This document shows, one piece after another, positions 40,130 to 53,325 of a DNA stretch of 64,000 bases. The notes under the pieces were generated by a model, which was given only the letters and a program-made list of their open reading frames with translations, made no database searches and was not told where the DNA came from. Position numbers and translations under genes: made by a program. Every line of letters starts with the position of its first letter. Position 1 is the first letter of the stretch. The stretch covers positions 8,370,001 to 8,434,000 of the forward strand of contig NC_043008.1 in the NCBI RefSeq assembly GCF_006345805.1, read 5' to 3'. The stretch is from Octopus sinensis. Its lineage: Eukaryota.

Positions 40130-40700
40130 AAGAGAATGGAAATAGGCAATGAAGAATCACAACACTGGCTAAAATGTGTGAAACTTAAAGCAGAAACATA
40201 ATGGTGTTTGGTTGTAAGACAGTCGTTAAACAACCAGTATTCTCTGTAGGATATAAGGAAATAGAATATAGTAAATAAATTCATAATATGTGCAGATAGG
40301 GAAGAAACTTTTGATCTGCCTGTTCATTTAAAGCCAAGATGAGAACATCGGCCCTCATTAGATATTTGAGATTTAAATACACCGGAAGCATTTTCAAATA
40401 TCAGCAGAATGAAGATGGCATTGCCACATACCAGAAAATGATCTTGCTGAATTGCAAAGCAACGATGGTGTGGGATATGAAAATGCAACAAGAAAAGAAA
40501 TGTATTTTACCGATATATCAGTCCCCATAATTTATAACACATCACTGAATGACACGATGAAGTCACCTGAATGTCAAACACTTCCAAATAGAGATAATTT
40601 GAATATGGTACATGAAAGTCAAAACAATCCATTTAACAATACTAACGCTGGGTATGATTAAACAACATGCAGACGCCTATATAATCTGCAGAAAATAAAT
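40130..40700 (+). mobile_element. R4/Dong-like LINE 3' region (zinc knuckle/REL endonuclease), ancient
   Basis: QHWLKCVKLKAET, ICADREETFD, KATMVWDMKMQ and KEMYFTDISVP correspond in order to the WL...LK.ETE, CR.C...ET.DH, ILWD..IQTD and C..ID..VP motifs. Frameshifted. Confidence 0.6.
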
Positions 40701-41199
40701 ATATGAATAAAATGCAATAAATAGTACGACACGGCACAGACAACATGTTACGGTAGAATAATTTTGATATAATAAAAATAACAAAATTGCAACAAAACAT
40801 GTTCAAAAAGTCATGAACGAACGAAAAAAAAACCATGGGAGGATTTACAATATTGAGACAATAGGAAAAATATCTCACCTCTCTCAATATATACAAACAA
40901 TTACCATCAGTTTCAATAACTTGCATGCTACTAAACTGCTCGGAATAATATCCTGAAATAACAATACAGAATATATAAAACAATTGACGGAAATGTTGGC
41001 AGATACATTTGTAAGTAATATGATATTTTATTTTAATTATATTGATCTTTGCATTATATCAATTATGTATTTCTAGCGTTTGTATTGCCGACTGGCAACA
41101 CAGAGAGAGCATTTAGAAAGCAGAAACAAAAGCAACTCTTGACATATTCGTTTTTTTTTCGTTTTTTTTTATATTACATATTGACTCAAAGTACAAATG

Positions 41200-42560
41200 C
41201 AATCAATACTATTCAACAGTGGATTACGTGTTAAACCGTACACTAAACATCCTGAAACTTGGGGACATAGAATCACTATTGCTGGAAATGATAAACTATA
41301 TTCCGACGGCACTGTAAATAACAGCCCCAAAATTATAAATACAAAAACACACTGGTGTAATATATGGGGATTATTCATGATCCCAATCGATAGACCTAAC
41401 TGCAATTCAACATTATCATTAGTTCAAATAGATAAATTATGGAAAGATAACATTATTAGAAATATATCCTGTCGTGAGTAATAAAGCACGCGTCAAAAAC
41501 TGAACAGACGAAATGAATAAATAAGGGCTTTTTAAATGTACAGAACACAAGAAACTAGTAAATATTCAAATAATAATCCCTGAAATTAGATGTAACTCAA
41601 TCAAAACAGCAAACATACCAATATCTGCCTTATGCACCAATTAAAACTGTCGCATGCAAAGATAAAATGTAATTATGACATAGGTAATAAAAAACCGAAA
41701 GTTTTTCATCATCGACATGCCGTGAATAGATATGAACATTTATAATTCCTTATTGAAATAACCTATTCAGCAGTGACAAGAGCCACAAAGGAACGTGATT
41801 ACTTCCTCAAGCTCCTAACTTCTAAAGCCAAGAACACAATCGTAAAAAGAAAGACTGAAAAAAAAAAAAATGTCAGATTCCAGTTTCCTTAATGAGATCG
41901 AAAGCGAAAAGAAAAGAAATGAAATAAAAGTACGGAGACAAATACTACAGAAATACAAAATATAAATGAAGTACCCGAAAGAACAAAAAACACCCAAGAA
42001 TAAAAGATGCTTGCCATATCACAAGGATTGTTCTTTGAACGAATAGAACGTCTCCAACCAAATGCGGGTTTTTTTCTGTAAGTAGGTAAAAGCATATAAA
42101 AAGTCAGAGCAACTCCAGAAGCAATTGATGCAGAATATGTTGAGTCAAGAGTATGTATAATAGATGGATCACCACGAGCGATGATATTAAAATGAAAAAA
42201 ACAACAAAAACAACGCAACAAGAGAACAGAAAAGAATAAACAAAATTTTACTAGTAACCGAGATACTACGCAATGTGAACAAAGAGGAAAATTCCGGTTA
42301 TAATAAAGTTTCAAACGTCTTCATGAAATATTCCGCAAAGCACTTACAAAAGAACATACTGGAAGCACAACAAAACAAAGGCTGTCTTAATCTCCGAAGC
42401 CAACAAACCATTAATCTGCTAAACTGTCCTCTAACAATCATAAAAATATCGAAGCAATAACATCGCAAATAACAAAAGACGATATCGAAAAAGTGGGACA
42501 TAAGCACTTTTTTTCTATAAAGCAAACTAGAATGTATGGCGTAAAAACTCATATGCATGT
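41200..42560 (+). mobile_element. R4/Dong-like LINE 5'/central region, ancient
   Basis: QIDKLWKD...KTEQ..NKGFL resembles the N-terminal (W...TEQRL...KGW) block. NSGYNKVSNVFMKY...INLLNCPLTIIK resembles K.PG.D.I.N.W.K / NYRPITCL.T..K. A-rich with many stops. Confidence 0.4.
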
Positions 42561-43275
42561 AAATAAATGATAATTATCACCGAAGTCGCAGTGGAATACA
42601 AAATGAGGATGGAACAAGGACAGAACGTGTCATAGAAGGGATTACAAACAATTTTCTATAATGTTCGGCATTCTTTGATTTGGGTAACAATATTTCTCAT
42701 GAACCCTGAACTAATAACAATCCCGTGCCACAAACATAAACCGACTTCTTTGCAAAATAATGTAAAACATCACACTTTACATTAATGGATTACAAAGACG
42801 CTCTATCTGCACCGATATATATTTCTCCACTAGTTTATATACCTACATACAGGCATACAAATATATACGTATGTATGTATGCATAATGCATGTATGCATG
42901 TGCGTATGTGGCCCCGTTAAATGTGGTCCAATATGCGTATACATACATACATACATATATATATATATGTGTGTGTGTGTGTGTTTGTTTGTATATATGA
43001 GTGTATGTGCATGTGTGTGTGTGTACATAAATGACATCTACGTGTGTATCACGTTGTTAGGGTTATTGAAGTTATTCTTAAGAGAATTGAAGCAGTTCGT
43101 TAAACAAAGCAACAAAACTCTTTGACGAAAGAGAGCTCCCGGTGTTTGTAAGTATGTTGGTATGTTGGTTGACTGTCAATCCGCACACCCAAGTGTGCGT
43201 ATCTATTTCCCTAAAGAATTTCATATGAAGAATCTTTGGAATGTCTTACAAAGCTTAACAGTACCACAAATACTA

Positions 43276-43637
43276 ATGGCCCAGTGGTTAGGGCAGCGGA
43301 CTCGCGGTCGTAGGATCGCGGTTTCGATTCCCAGACCGGGCATTGTGAGTGTTTATTGAGCGAAAACACCTAAAGCTTCACGAGGCTCCTGCAGGGGTTG
43401 GTGGTGAACCCTGCTGTACACTTTCACCACAACTTTCTCTCGCTCTTTCTTCCTGTTTCTGTATTTCAAAGGGCCAGCCTTGTCACACTCTGTGTCACGC
43501 TGAATCTCCTCGAGAACTGCGTTAAGGGTACACGTGTCTGTGGAGTGCTCGGCCACTTGTACGTTAATTCCACGAGCAAGCTGTTCCGTTGATCGTATCA
43601 GCTGGGACCCTCATCGTCGTAACCGACGGAGTGCTCC
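43276..43637 (+). mobile_element. SINE family C (tRNA-derived), full length
   Basis: A box TGGCCCAGTGG and B box GGTTTCGATTCCC in a tRNA-like head. Body and tail shared with 30735-31090. Confidence 0.9.
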
Positions 43638-43639
43638 TT

Positions 43640-43810
43640 TAATACATTTGGTTTGGAGAATCCGAGTGTTTCTTTTGCTCTTTCTTCGGAAAACGTAGTA
43701 GTTCTAGATTTGTGTAAATCTGTTGCTACGTTGCCTAATGTATCTATGATGGTAAGTATAAATTTATATTCTGGGTACAATAGTTGTAAGTTCTGCATTA
43801 AATTATACAT
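43640..43810 (-). mobile_element. R4/Dong-like LINE C-terminal (REL) fragment
   Basis: YNLMQNLQLLYPEYKFILTIIDTLGNVATDL matches Y..L..NLQ.LYP.YKF...PII.GALG.V of REL-domain LINEs. Confidence 0.65.
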
Positions 43811-45618
43811 GTCTTTTGTACTTTTGATTATACATTCTCATCAACTGAGTAGCTGAGATCTACAACCATACGTATATATGTACGCGTGTCTGTGTATGTT
43901 ATGTGTGTGCGTGTGTGTGTGTGTGTGTGTGTACACATATGAAAGCAAACGCACATGTATACATAATGTAGCCTGTAGGACAAGGAGAAAATATTGGTGT
44001 CCTGTAACGGCCATTAGTGTGTATAAAAATTTCAGTGTTGGCAGGAACTGCAGGACTCTTTTCAATACTCAAGCAACATCGCTTTCGATTTCGTTTTTCA
44101 AAAACGGAGATTAAAATTTTGACCTTTAAAAAAATTCAAAAACTTCAAACGCCCCCGCTCATGCACACAGACAGATTTGTTTTGTTTTTCACTTTTATCA
44201 AAAAGTTTATGAAGAATTCCACGTGAGAAAAGGAAATTACCATCTGAAAATAAAATTTCTTTCAAAATTCCAATTTTGTTAAAAAAAAATGTCTACTCCC
44301 CTTCTTCCCATTTACTGTTAATTACTTCTCTCACATCGTAATATTCCGCGCCTTTTCATATTCCTTAGCTCGTTTTGCATGTGGAAGCTCTCAATGGGGC
44401 CGCTAGACATGCTTGAAATAACAGCTAGCTCTCTAAAAAAAGTATTCCAAAATTTCAAGTCTTTAAACCAACTCTTCTCCCAATTATCAGAATAGACATC
44501 GCACATGCATCGCTGCCTCTTGAAGAAACATTCTCAAATGGGTCCTTCAACATATTAAAAATAGCAGTAAAAGTTTTTATGACTATTTCTTTTCAAAATT
44601 TCGTCATAGCAGTGTTTTCAAAAGGTAGGTGTGAGGATTTAGCAAGGCTTCAAGTTACTGTTTCTCTTTTAGAAAAGGGTATTTAAATCAATGAAACCTA
44701 CTTGCCTAACACTATATCGATCAAGAAATTCGAGTTTTCAAGTTGTTTCTGGAGAATGTGAACTTCATCAGAGCCGTTTGTCTCAAAATGCTGGACATGT
44801 ATCAGCTCCACTTTATTCTCACTCGCATCATTTAATTATAACTATAGATGTTTCCCTGGAATTTTCATCTTCATCTCAGATTCCTCATTTGTATGTTTAT
44901 ATGCCTTACTCTTTCTCAGACTTGCTGATATAAGTTCATCGTTTTTCTATATTTTTTAATGTCTAAATAATTATTTAGAAAAAAAAATGTAGATTTTAGT
45001 TTCCTTGAAATGTATGTGTATTCATTCTTATATTTCAACTTCTCATAACGTAAAAGGATTGATGTCTTGTATCAACATCAATCTAGAGAGAAAGAACGTG
45101 GTCATCCAAACATCATCATGAATCACTCTTGAAATTTAGTGAAGAGGTTTTTCCTTTTATATGAGCTACATAACTTCCGACTTCAGTTCTTGGCTCTTTG
45201 GGAAGTTCAATGACCTACGTGATATCAAAATTCCACATAGCACTTTCTTACATTTGCTCAAGATTAATTAAGATGTGGTGGATAATGGAATGGCGTTGAA
45301 GCACTCGTATATGGCAGAGATGCAATCCATCGTTGAAAGATTTAAACAACAATCATTTACCTTCCTCTCAGCATTTTCCATCGATAGCTGAGATGACGTT
45401 TAGGCACACAGAAGTATGAGATCATCTAGGAATTGTAACTATAAAGCATTTTCATCATTTTTAGTTGCATTTAAATAAACAGAAACATTTTCAGACCAGA
45501 GCAGAGATGATGGGGAGTATCTAGTATAGAGGTTTAAATTAGGTTTAACTTCCCACATTAAAGCTCGTAAAGTTATCACCACTATTGAATAAGGTTTCAG
45601 AGTGTGCACCTACTACGC

Positions 45619-45754
45619 GTATTTAACCTTGGATGGAGCTTACCACCCGCTTTGGGCTGCGTTCCCGAGCAACCCGACTCTCGGGCCGATGAACACCGCC
45701 GATCTCCGCCGGCTTCGAATGGGCCTGACACCCGCTCTGGGCAGCCGTGATCGA
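45619..45754 (-). rRNA. 28S (LSU) rRNA gene fragment, 5' D1 region, dispersed pseudogene piece
   Basis: Minus strand ...gcccagagcgggtgtcaggccc...gagagtcgggttgctcgggaacgcagcccaaagcgggtggtaagctccatccaaggttaaatac matches the conserved eukaryotic LSU segment GAGTCGGGTTG.TTGGGAATGCAGCCCAAAGCGGGTGGTAAACTCCATCTAAGGCTAAATAC. Confidence 0.92.
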
Positions 45755-46050
45755 GGATGAATGGCAAATCTACCTCGGCGGAATTTGAACTCAGAACGTA
45801 GAGGCAGACGAAATACCTATTTCTTTACTACCCACAAGGGGCTAAACACAGAGAGGACAAATAAGGACAGACAAACGGATTAAGTCAATTATATTTCGAC
45901 CCCAGTGCGTAACTGGTACTTAATTTATCGACCCCGAAAGGTTGAAAGGCAAAGTCGACCTCGGCGGAATTTGAACTCAGAACATTACGGCAGACGAAAT
46001 ACCGCTAAGTATTTTGCCCGACTAACGATTTTTCGAACTCGCTGACTTAA
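45755..46050 (-). mobile_element. SINE family B with 3' re-iteration of the B-box segment
   Basis: Minus strand gtcagcgagttcgaaaatcgttag...gttctgagttcaaattccgccgaggtcgactttgcc...gtaaagaaata, then ggtatttcgtctgcc...gagttcaaattccgccgaggtagatttgccattcatcc. Confidence 0.9.
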
Positions 46051-46616
46051 GGCATACTACATAACATAAGATTCACTCCAATGTATACGGAGTTTCAATT
46101 ATTTCGATATGTAGTATCGTAACTCCAATTTCTTTCACATAACCATTAAACCACTTTTATTTGTGTATCTCTGTACTTTTGTCCGTATGTTTCTTCCCAA
46201 CGATGATAAATATATTCATACCAATCTCTTTAATTTTGTTTTGGTTTTGATGCTGTTTTGTTTTTTTCATGTTGGAAGTTTCATATCAATTTGTCAAGAT
46301 CTCGGTCTGTAACAGTATTTCTGGTATCCTTCGCTCCCACTGAGTGCTCGATCCGTTTTTTTTTACAATTATTTATTTCCACAGACTGAATATTTTTATG
46401 CAAAATTGTGTATACAATTTATAGCTTGTGTCACCCACTTTGAATATTGAAGAATTCAGTGAATTTATAGGCATTTCTACATTCTCAATTTTATTGCCAA
46501 AATTCAAATTTACTGACAGGGTTTTCAGTCTTTATTTATTTTAAATGAACATCTTTAAATATATTTTGTTTTATAAGATTTTGCACATTATCAGTATCCA
46601 GTAATTATCACTCATA

Positions 46617-46991
46617 CACTACCGTCAGAAATTAATTAGCACCCTTGATTTGCTCTTCACTCAAGGTATGTGCTGTCACCTAGTGGCCATATCTCGAACT
46701 ATTGCTTTGTTGCGAGTTCACTGTTGCGCAGAACGATGACGTAACTTTGTTTGCAGAGCAGTTTGAGAGTCTACAGCCTTATGATGTTGACATAGCAGTG
46801 CAACAACAACTTGGAGTGCGGATGCAGACAAATCTTCCTTTGTTTAATAGATATAGGTAGCGCCTCGCAAGGACCGAAATCACACCATACTAAGTTTTCA
46901 CATCGCGTAAGACGTTTTGAACAGCTCATAGGTTAATTGATTTAACCTATTTAATGTAGAAATTTGAGAAGTGCTAATTAATTTCTGTGTA
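46617..46991. mobile_element. Tc1-like MITE (non-autonomous)
   Basis: Perfect 17-bp inverted repeat CAGAAATTAATTAGCAC (46626-46642 / 46971-46987). Left end TA|CACTACCG, right end ...TG|TA. No ORF. Confidence 0.65.
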
Positions 46992-47910
46992 TTTGCTTTA
47001 GTTTTATAAATTATTACATGAAGAACGAAACGTCAATGTTCTATTTCCCTGGTATTCATCGGTCTCAGTAGACATAGTATTTCGTATTAACGTATTTCCT
47101 TCAATGCAATATATGTAAATGGTGGGAGCAATTTATTTATTTGAAATTTCAATTGGGAATAGCGTTTCTTTAAAACATGTCATGAGTCCCCTGACCCCCC
47201 CCCACACACACACCCGTCCCCATATAAGGAACAAATGTTTAGATGATTCCCGTGTGTACTGCAGAAGGTTTTGTCAAACTATTTTCATTATATCTACAAG
47301 ATTTTAGCTGCTGAGATGCATATATGCGGAGAATAGTGAGAAAGTCTTCAATATCTTTCCTTGGATACAGCATCTTAGTCCGAACCATCTTAGATTTTCT
47401 GTTTCTCTTTGCAACTAATCCCTTTGAAACCCACAAACATTAGAAAACAAATATGCGCTGCATTATTTTACCATAGGATTTTTCTGGCATTTAGCTATGA
47501 CATGTTAAACTATTTTCACTCTTCCACGAAAAGAGCTGAAGAATTCGTAGCGTAGCTGTTTGATTTTGAACTAAAATAAAACATAGAAGAGGGTATGTTT
47601 TATTGTTTTTATTCTATGACATTGGGTGGATTCGATCTTTTGTTTAGTAGTGTGGGATTATGTTACAAACGTTATGGTTTCTAAATATAAATGTACGTCT
47701 ATATTATGCTAGAAACTTCACTGAAAGTGCATGTATAGCTCTTTAATATTTTCTTACATGTAAATCCAGAGCATAATAATACCTATCTTTTACAAACATG
47801 CAGATACACACAGACACACGCACACATATATACATGCATACACACAGACATACTCACAAACGCACACTTCACATACAAAAAAAACATAATATATATATAT
47901 GTGGTGTATG

Positions 47911-47942
<32 letters not shown>

Positions 47943-47943
47943 A

Positions 47944-47995
<52 letters not shown>

Positions 47996-48004
47996 AATAT
48001 ATAA

Positions 48005-48420
48005 TTACAAAAAAGGAAACCGACCGAGAATACGCTCACATTGACGCCATAGAGATTAGACCCATTAAGAACAAAATATTCTCTCTTAAACAGATTTTAC
48101 AGGCAAACGGGAAAGCTGACGTGCTTTTGAATACCATTAATAGCCACCTTGCATCCCCTAAATATTCTTCAGAACAGAAAGCGAAGTAAAATATCAATAA
48201 CGACTAGATAACCCGTACAAAGGGCTACATCTTTTTAGCGCTAAAGGAAATTTCGTTTCTGCAAATAAGCTATTTCGATTTATAATACAAAACTTGAGTG
48301 TACTGCAAACTACAAATTACATTAAAGGGCTCATAGAAATATCAACAAAGAGAATACCTGCTGTTTTGAAATTGACGATAAACAAAAAGTCATTATGTAC
48401 CTTCATACGAGGAAATAAGA
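48005..48420 (+). mobile_element. Penelope-like ORF remnant (RT thumb/linker)
   Basis: KIFSLKQILQANGKADVLLNTINSHL...RLDNPYKG resembles the L..I..IL..NGYP...I...I...L and YL.LPY.G motifs of Penelope-like ORFs. Stops present. Confidence 0.4.
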
Positions 48421-48761
48421 ATAACTAAATCGGTGTAGGTGCATATATTTTGCATTTAACTCCAAGTATATAGGATATATCTCAGTTTCAGAAGTCCTTA
48501 TCATTAACACTTTATACAAACACAGAACCGTCTCATCAACTCTATAATAAACAGTCACGGCTTTATAAATCATATAGTTTTGCATCGTTACTAAAACTGT
48601 GAATCATTTTCAATATATATATATATATATATAAGTGAGAAAGAAGCAACAAGAATGGATAGGTTTTTAGTACAATCGTTTCATATATGTATATGTATAC
48701 ATGTATATATATATATATATGTATATGTATACATGTATATGTATATATATAAATATGTATG

Positions 48762-48800
<39 letters not shown>

Positions 48801-50064
48801 ATAGCTTTCCAATTTCAAACGTTATTCGCAAGACTTTCTTTAGCTTCATATGTCCATTGTGATTGAAATTTACCGAGCGTTTTAAATACCAAACAATGCA
48901 TGAACATCGGAGTTTGATTAAATATTTCAACCGTAGTTGTGTTGATAAATTTAGAATGTTACGGACTATAATATGTATTCACCGGAGATAAGATGTGGCT
49001 ACCATTATTGAATATTATTAAATCATTTTTGGCAGTAGCCTAGAAATGTGGTTCGTCTTAGAAGTCCAGCGTATTTAAATTTCTCCGGAAATAGCACTGT
49101 TGATTGTGATTTCTCAGATTCCGTTCTGAGATTAATAGTACATCAACAGAGATATACCAATATTAATCCATTCACTTATTGTAGTTTACATTATGTACAC
49201 ACACACACACACACACATATGTATATATATATTTATGTATATGACATTAAATCAGAAATACTTTAATAGAAATATTTCAAACAGGCCAGTACACATTAAC
49301 GTTAAAGAAAAATGATCGCATAAGAAAATACTTAAGTTATTAATACGCTAATAATACGAGTGATATACACCTCATCAGGATTCGTGTGACCAGTATTGTG
49401 TAATTCTAAGATATGTTATCAACACTTTGATTATGCTATAGAATAAGTTAAGCTATAAAATATAACCATTTGAATGCATCTCTTATCTAATCTGCTTGAT
49501 TGCTAAGTTTGCTAAGTTAGGCAACGGAATGAACGACCAACGTTTTACATGAGATAACAAAATGACAATCGTAATTTTGAACTACAGTCAATAGATATAA
49601 AGAAAATATATTTTCCACTGTAGGTTTAAGGCCGGAACATGTATGTAAGATGGAGAAGCGTTAGTTGTTTTTAAACGAACTTTGTAACAGAATATTTTCA
49701 CGAATCTGCAACCACAAGAATAAACATTTGCAACATAAAAGTATCAGCAATATATGCTTTCATGTTAAATAATGCTGAAATAATAGAGAACAAGAATTAA
49801 TTTTAAAAGGACAAATTATTTATTTAATCAGCTAATATATTGCAAATATATTGTATCACAGATCATAAGGTAATTGAGATTGGAAACATATTTAAACAAA
49901 ATATTTTTATTTCAAATAATAATGCAATGAGATGAAAGCTACCCAAACAAAGCTATGACGTTCGCAAGTAAAGAGTAGCATTGTTTTAAGTACAGAAATA
50001 TTTTTGCAGCTGAAATAAGGTTCAGGTTCACATCAGAAATTTGGTAACACAAATTCATAAACAT

Positions 50065-50132
<68 letters not shown>

Positions 50133-50164
50133 AGTATATAAAGTATATATACATATACATATAG

Positions 50165-50707
50165 TGATGACGACGTTATGCTACTATTCAAATTCCGACA
50201 CGGCCTCAGACTGAACGCGGAGGCTTACATTGAGTGGCTGAAGGAATTAGCGCTGCTAAGCCTCAAGGGGGTCGCTGCTGGAATACCCTATTTCTGACAA
50301 CAGGACTGTGCACTGTGCCACACAAGCAGGAGAAACCAGTCATGGTTGTTAAACAATTTCTGCAACCACATCACCCCTAACATCTGGCCACCTAATCTCC
50401 CCAGACTGCAACACACTTGATTAATATGAATGGGCCGTAGTTGGTCGAGAGACCAACAAGATTCTTTGTAGCACCAAAGAATAACTGAAGGCAAGGATTA
50501 TGGCAGCATTCATCAATTTAAACAAGTAGACTGTCCTGAAGAGTTCCAGGAGATTCCCAAAACGTATGGAGGACGTGGTTGAACGCAATGGTGATTATAC
50601 TTTAGTATTTCAAGCTTTTTTTATGTAAGTCTGGTAAATATATCTGTTAAAATGAGATGTCAGTGTTATCATTTTTGACCAATTTAGACGGCAACTTATT
50701 TACTGTA
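50165..50707 (+). mobile_element. Tc1/mariner transposase 3' fragment, DD37D (maT-like), with right TIR
   Basis: QQDCALCHTSRRNQSWLLNNFCNHITPNIWPPN(fs)SPDCNTLD has 37 residues between the 2nd and 3rd catalytic D after correcting a 1-bp frameshift. Continues ...VVERNGDY and ends ggcaacttatttactg|TA. Confidence 0.85.
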
Positions 50708-50728
50708 TATATATATATATATATATAG

Positions 50729-50778
<50 letters not shown>

Positions 50779-52881
50779 GTGTGCGCGCGCTCCAGTATGG
50801 ACTTTGTTAAATAACTGAAACAAGTAAAAGAATAAAAAATATACATATAAACTATATATATATACATGTGTATGTGTGTATACATACATGTATATAAGTA
50901 TGTATGTATCGATCTAGCTATCCATCTATCTATTATGTATGTACGTATGTATATCTTAACGACAACTTTTACAACACCGTTATTCATCCATGCACTCAAA
51001 GAGCAAAAATGTGCATCTCGTACACTAACATAGACGGCATCCGTTCACAGGAAATGAAGGCTATTTATATGAAGTGTATGGAAAACCAAACCTGCATTCA
51101 TTTAACATTTTACCATATATTTTGTCTTTACAAACATTGCTAATTTACTATGAAACATGAGGTTGTATTTTTTCAAACTAATGTGATGCAGAACAAGAAA
51201 TTCAAAAATTAAAGGAAAACAATTGAATATAAGGGCTGAGATACTAACGGGTTAAAATATTGGTAGAAAGCAATATTAAATACGAAAAATAGGGTTAAAC
51301 TATATTAAGCGTAGCCTGTTTAAGAAATACGCTGGCCATATATCGTCTAAACTAGAGGAAATCTAAATAAGAGTGGACTGTTTATGCGCATTGTTGAATC
51401 GGTGAATATAAGAAAAACAATTGAACATAGAGGCTGAGAGACCAACGGATTATAACATTGGTACAACCTAATATTAAAGGCAAAATATAATGTGAAAATG
51501 TAATAAACATGGCCTGTTTTGGAATTACGTTGCGCTTATATCTTCAATATGGAAAGAAAACTCGAGAAAATCTAAAGAATTGTGGACTGAGAATTCTGGA
51601 AATCAGGAAATATGTAAACATATTTTTAATGGCTGACAAAAGACTACTTTCAGGTTTTCTTCCGGAAATTGGTTTTGAATTCAGAGCCTACCACAAAAGA
51701 CGAGAGAATTCTAATGAAAAAAGACAGGACAAAAGTAAAAAAAAAAAAAACATATACCAACATGCAGTTATGTTATAGCCTGACAATTTCTCCAATATCC
51801 AACGAGACGTGGATACGTAGATATGGTTCGATATAAGTCATGAAGTGGCATTTTAACAATAAAAGCTTAAATATAGAATATTTCACTCGGATGAAAATAT
51901 GTAGTGCTCAGGGATTCAGTAAATGTTAAGGGATATCTGCACGTTAGATGATAGTATGTCAATGATGTTATAATCCAGAAACTATTTCCGTTAAGAAATC
52001 TCAGTAACAATACTTTTTTGTCATATCTCTTCAGCGAGAATTTTCACTGTTGTAAATTCCGTAAGCTCCATCACGAATTAGGATTCAGTGGCAAGTTCCT
52101 GCCAAATGAATCTTGGAAAAGTATTTTGTACCTGCCAGCTTGCACAATACCGTATCAAAACGTAAGGTAGAGAAAGAGCCAGAAAACGTATTTGTGTGCA
52201 CATATATGTAAATCGCGATTGGACATGCGCAATACGAACAAGGGTGAAGCCTACTCAACCATTCATTACTTAACTCTTTTCATTAAGAGATTATTTTGTA
52301 GTTCTTTTCCTTTCGCTATAAGGAGACATTTGCGTATAGAAAGTTGCTTCAAATTAACAATAATCTCTGAAGCAATCAACGCTTTATATGCGATGACTAG
52401 TTAACGTTATGTTATATCTTAGCAAAATCATTCATATGATGCTGTAAATATCTGCAGCAATCAGAGATAATTACAGAAAATATATCCCAGCATCTTGATT
52501 ACCAAACAATCGACTCTTTGATGTTGGCATTTCAAGAATATTAATTTCATACAGATGTTCCCTCCCAAAATAATGACGACATAGCCAGAGTCGGTTTACT
52601 TCTGCACAGCATTGCTTAAGGGAGATCGGTGTGTTGCCATCACAGCCCCTAGCATTAAACCAATGCATGAAATCTGATCACTACCTGCATTAGCTTCAAT
52701 TTCGTGTAATGTATCTAATTCCTTCATAAAATCAAGCAGAGTCAAAATGGGTCTTCTTATAGATACTGCATATCTCACTAACTGGTAGCTTATTTCCCGT
52801 ACACTAGGGAGACCCACAAGACATATGTATGGTGTTTTATGAGGACACTTGGCAGCAAATTATTCGAGAATTTTTTTAGTA

Positions 52882-52955
<74 letters not shown>

Positions 52956-52980
52956 GTCGAAGCCAAACTAGATTCATTAA

Positions 52981-53220
52981 GGCGGCGAGATGGCAGAATC
53001 GTTAGCACGTCGAGCGAAATGCTTAGCGGCATTTCGTCTGCCGTTACGTTCTGAGTTCAAATTCCACCGAGGTCGACTTTGCCTTTCATCCTTTCGGGGT
53101 CGATAAAGTAAGAAGTAAGTACCAGTTACGCACTGAGGTCGATGTAATCGAATTAATCCATTTGTCCGTCCTTGTTTGTCCCCTCTATGTTTAGCCCCTT
53201 GTAGGCAATAAAGAAATAAA
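52981..53220 (+). mobile_element. SINE family B, full length
   Basis: ggcggcgagatggcagaatcgttagcacg...gttctgagttcaaattccaccgaggtcgactttgcctttcatcctttcggggtcgataaa...gcccc ttgtaggcaataaagaaata. Confidence 0.92.
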
Positions 53221-53288
53221 CAAAACATGTGTATGATGTTTTATGAGGACACTTGGCGGCAAGTTTTTTCGAGAATTTTTGTAGTATA

Positions 53289-53325
<37 letters not shown>

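Noticed and set aside
40452-40661. ORF resembling a receptor cytoplasmic tail (GYEN, IYNT)
   Set aside because: Neighbouring frames carry R4/Dong motifs in the right order (WLK..KLKAET, VWDM, TDISVP), so it is better explained as LINE debris.
43276-43340. tRNA gene
   Set aside because: A/B boxes are present but there is no complete cloverleaf, and it continues into a repeated SINE body.
47014-47040. acatGAAGAacGAAACGTCaatgt, hammerhead-like remnant
   Set aside because: The CU of the core and stem II are missing; at best a dead fragment.
47239-47421. Minus-strand open frame with AG acceptor, possible terminal exon
   Set aside because: No recognisable homology or partner exon; the length is within chance expectation.
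48092-49138. Two phase-compatible candidate exons (ILQANG... and NVVRLRSPAY...)
   Set aside because: The first matches a Penelope-like IL..NGYP / PY.G region. The second has a weak acceptor and no recognisable homology.
52471-52817. Overlapping minus-strand ORFs, possible exon or RTE endonuclease remnant
   Set aside because: Only vague similarity (EANAGSD vs D.NAKVG.D) and incoherent splice sites; neither reading is supportable.
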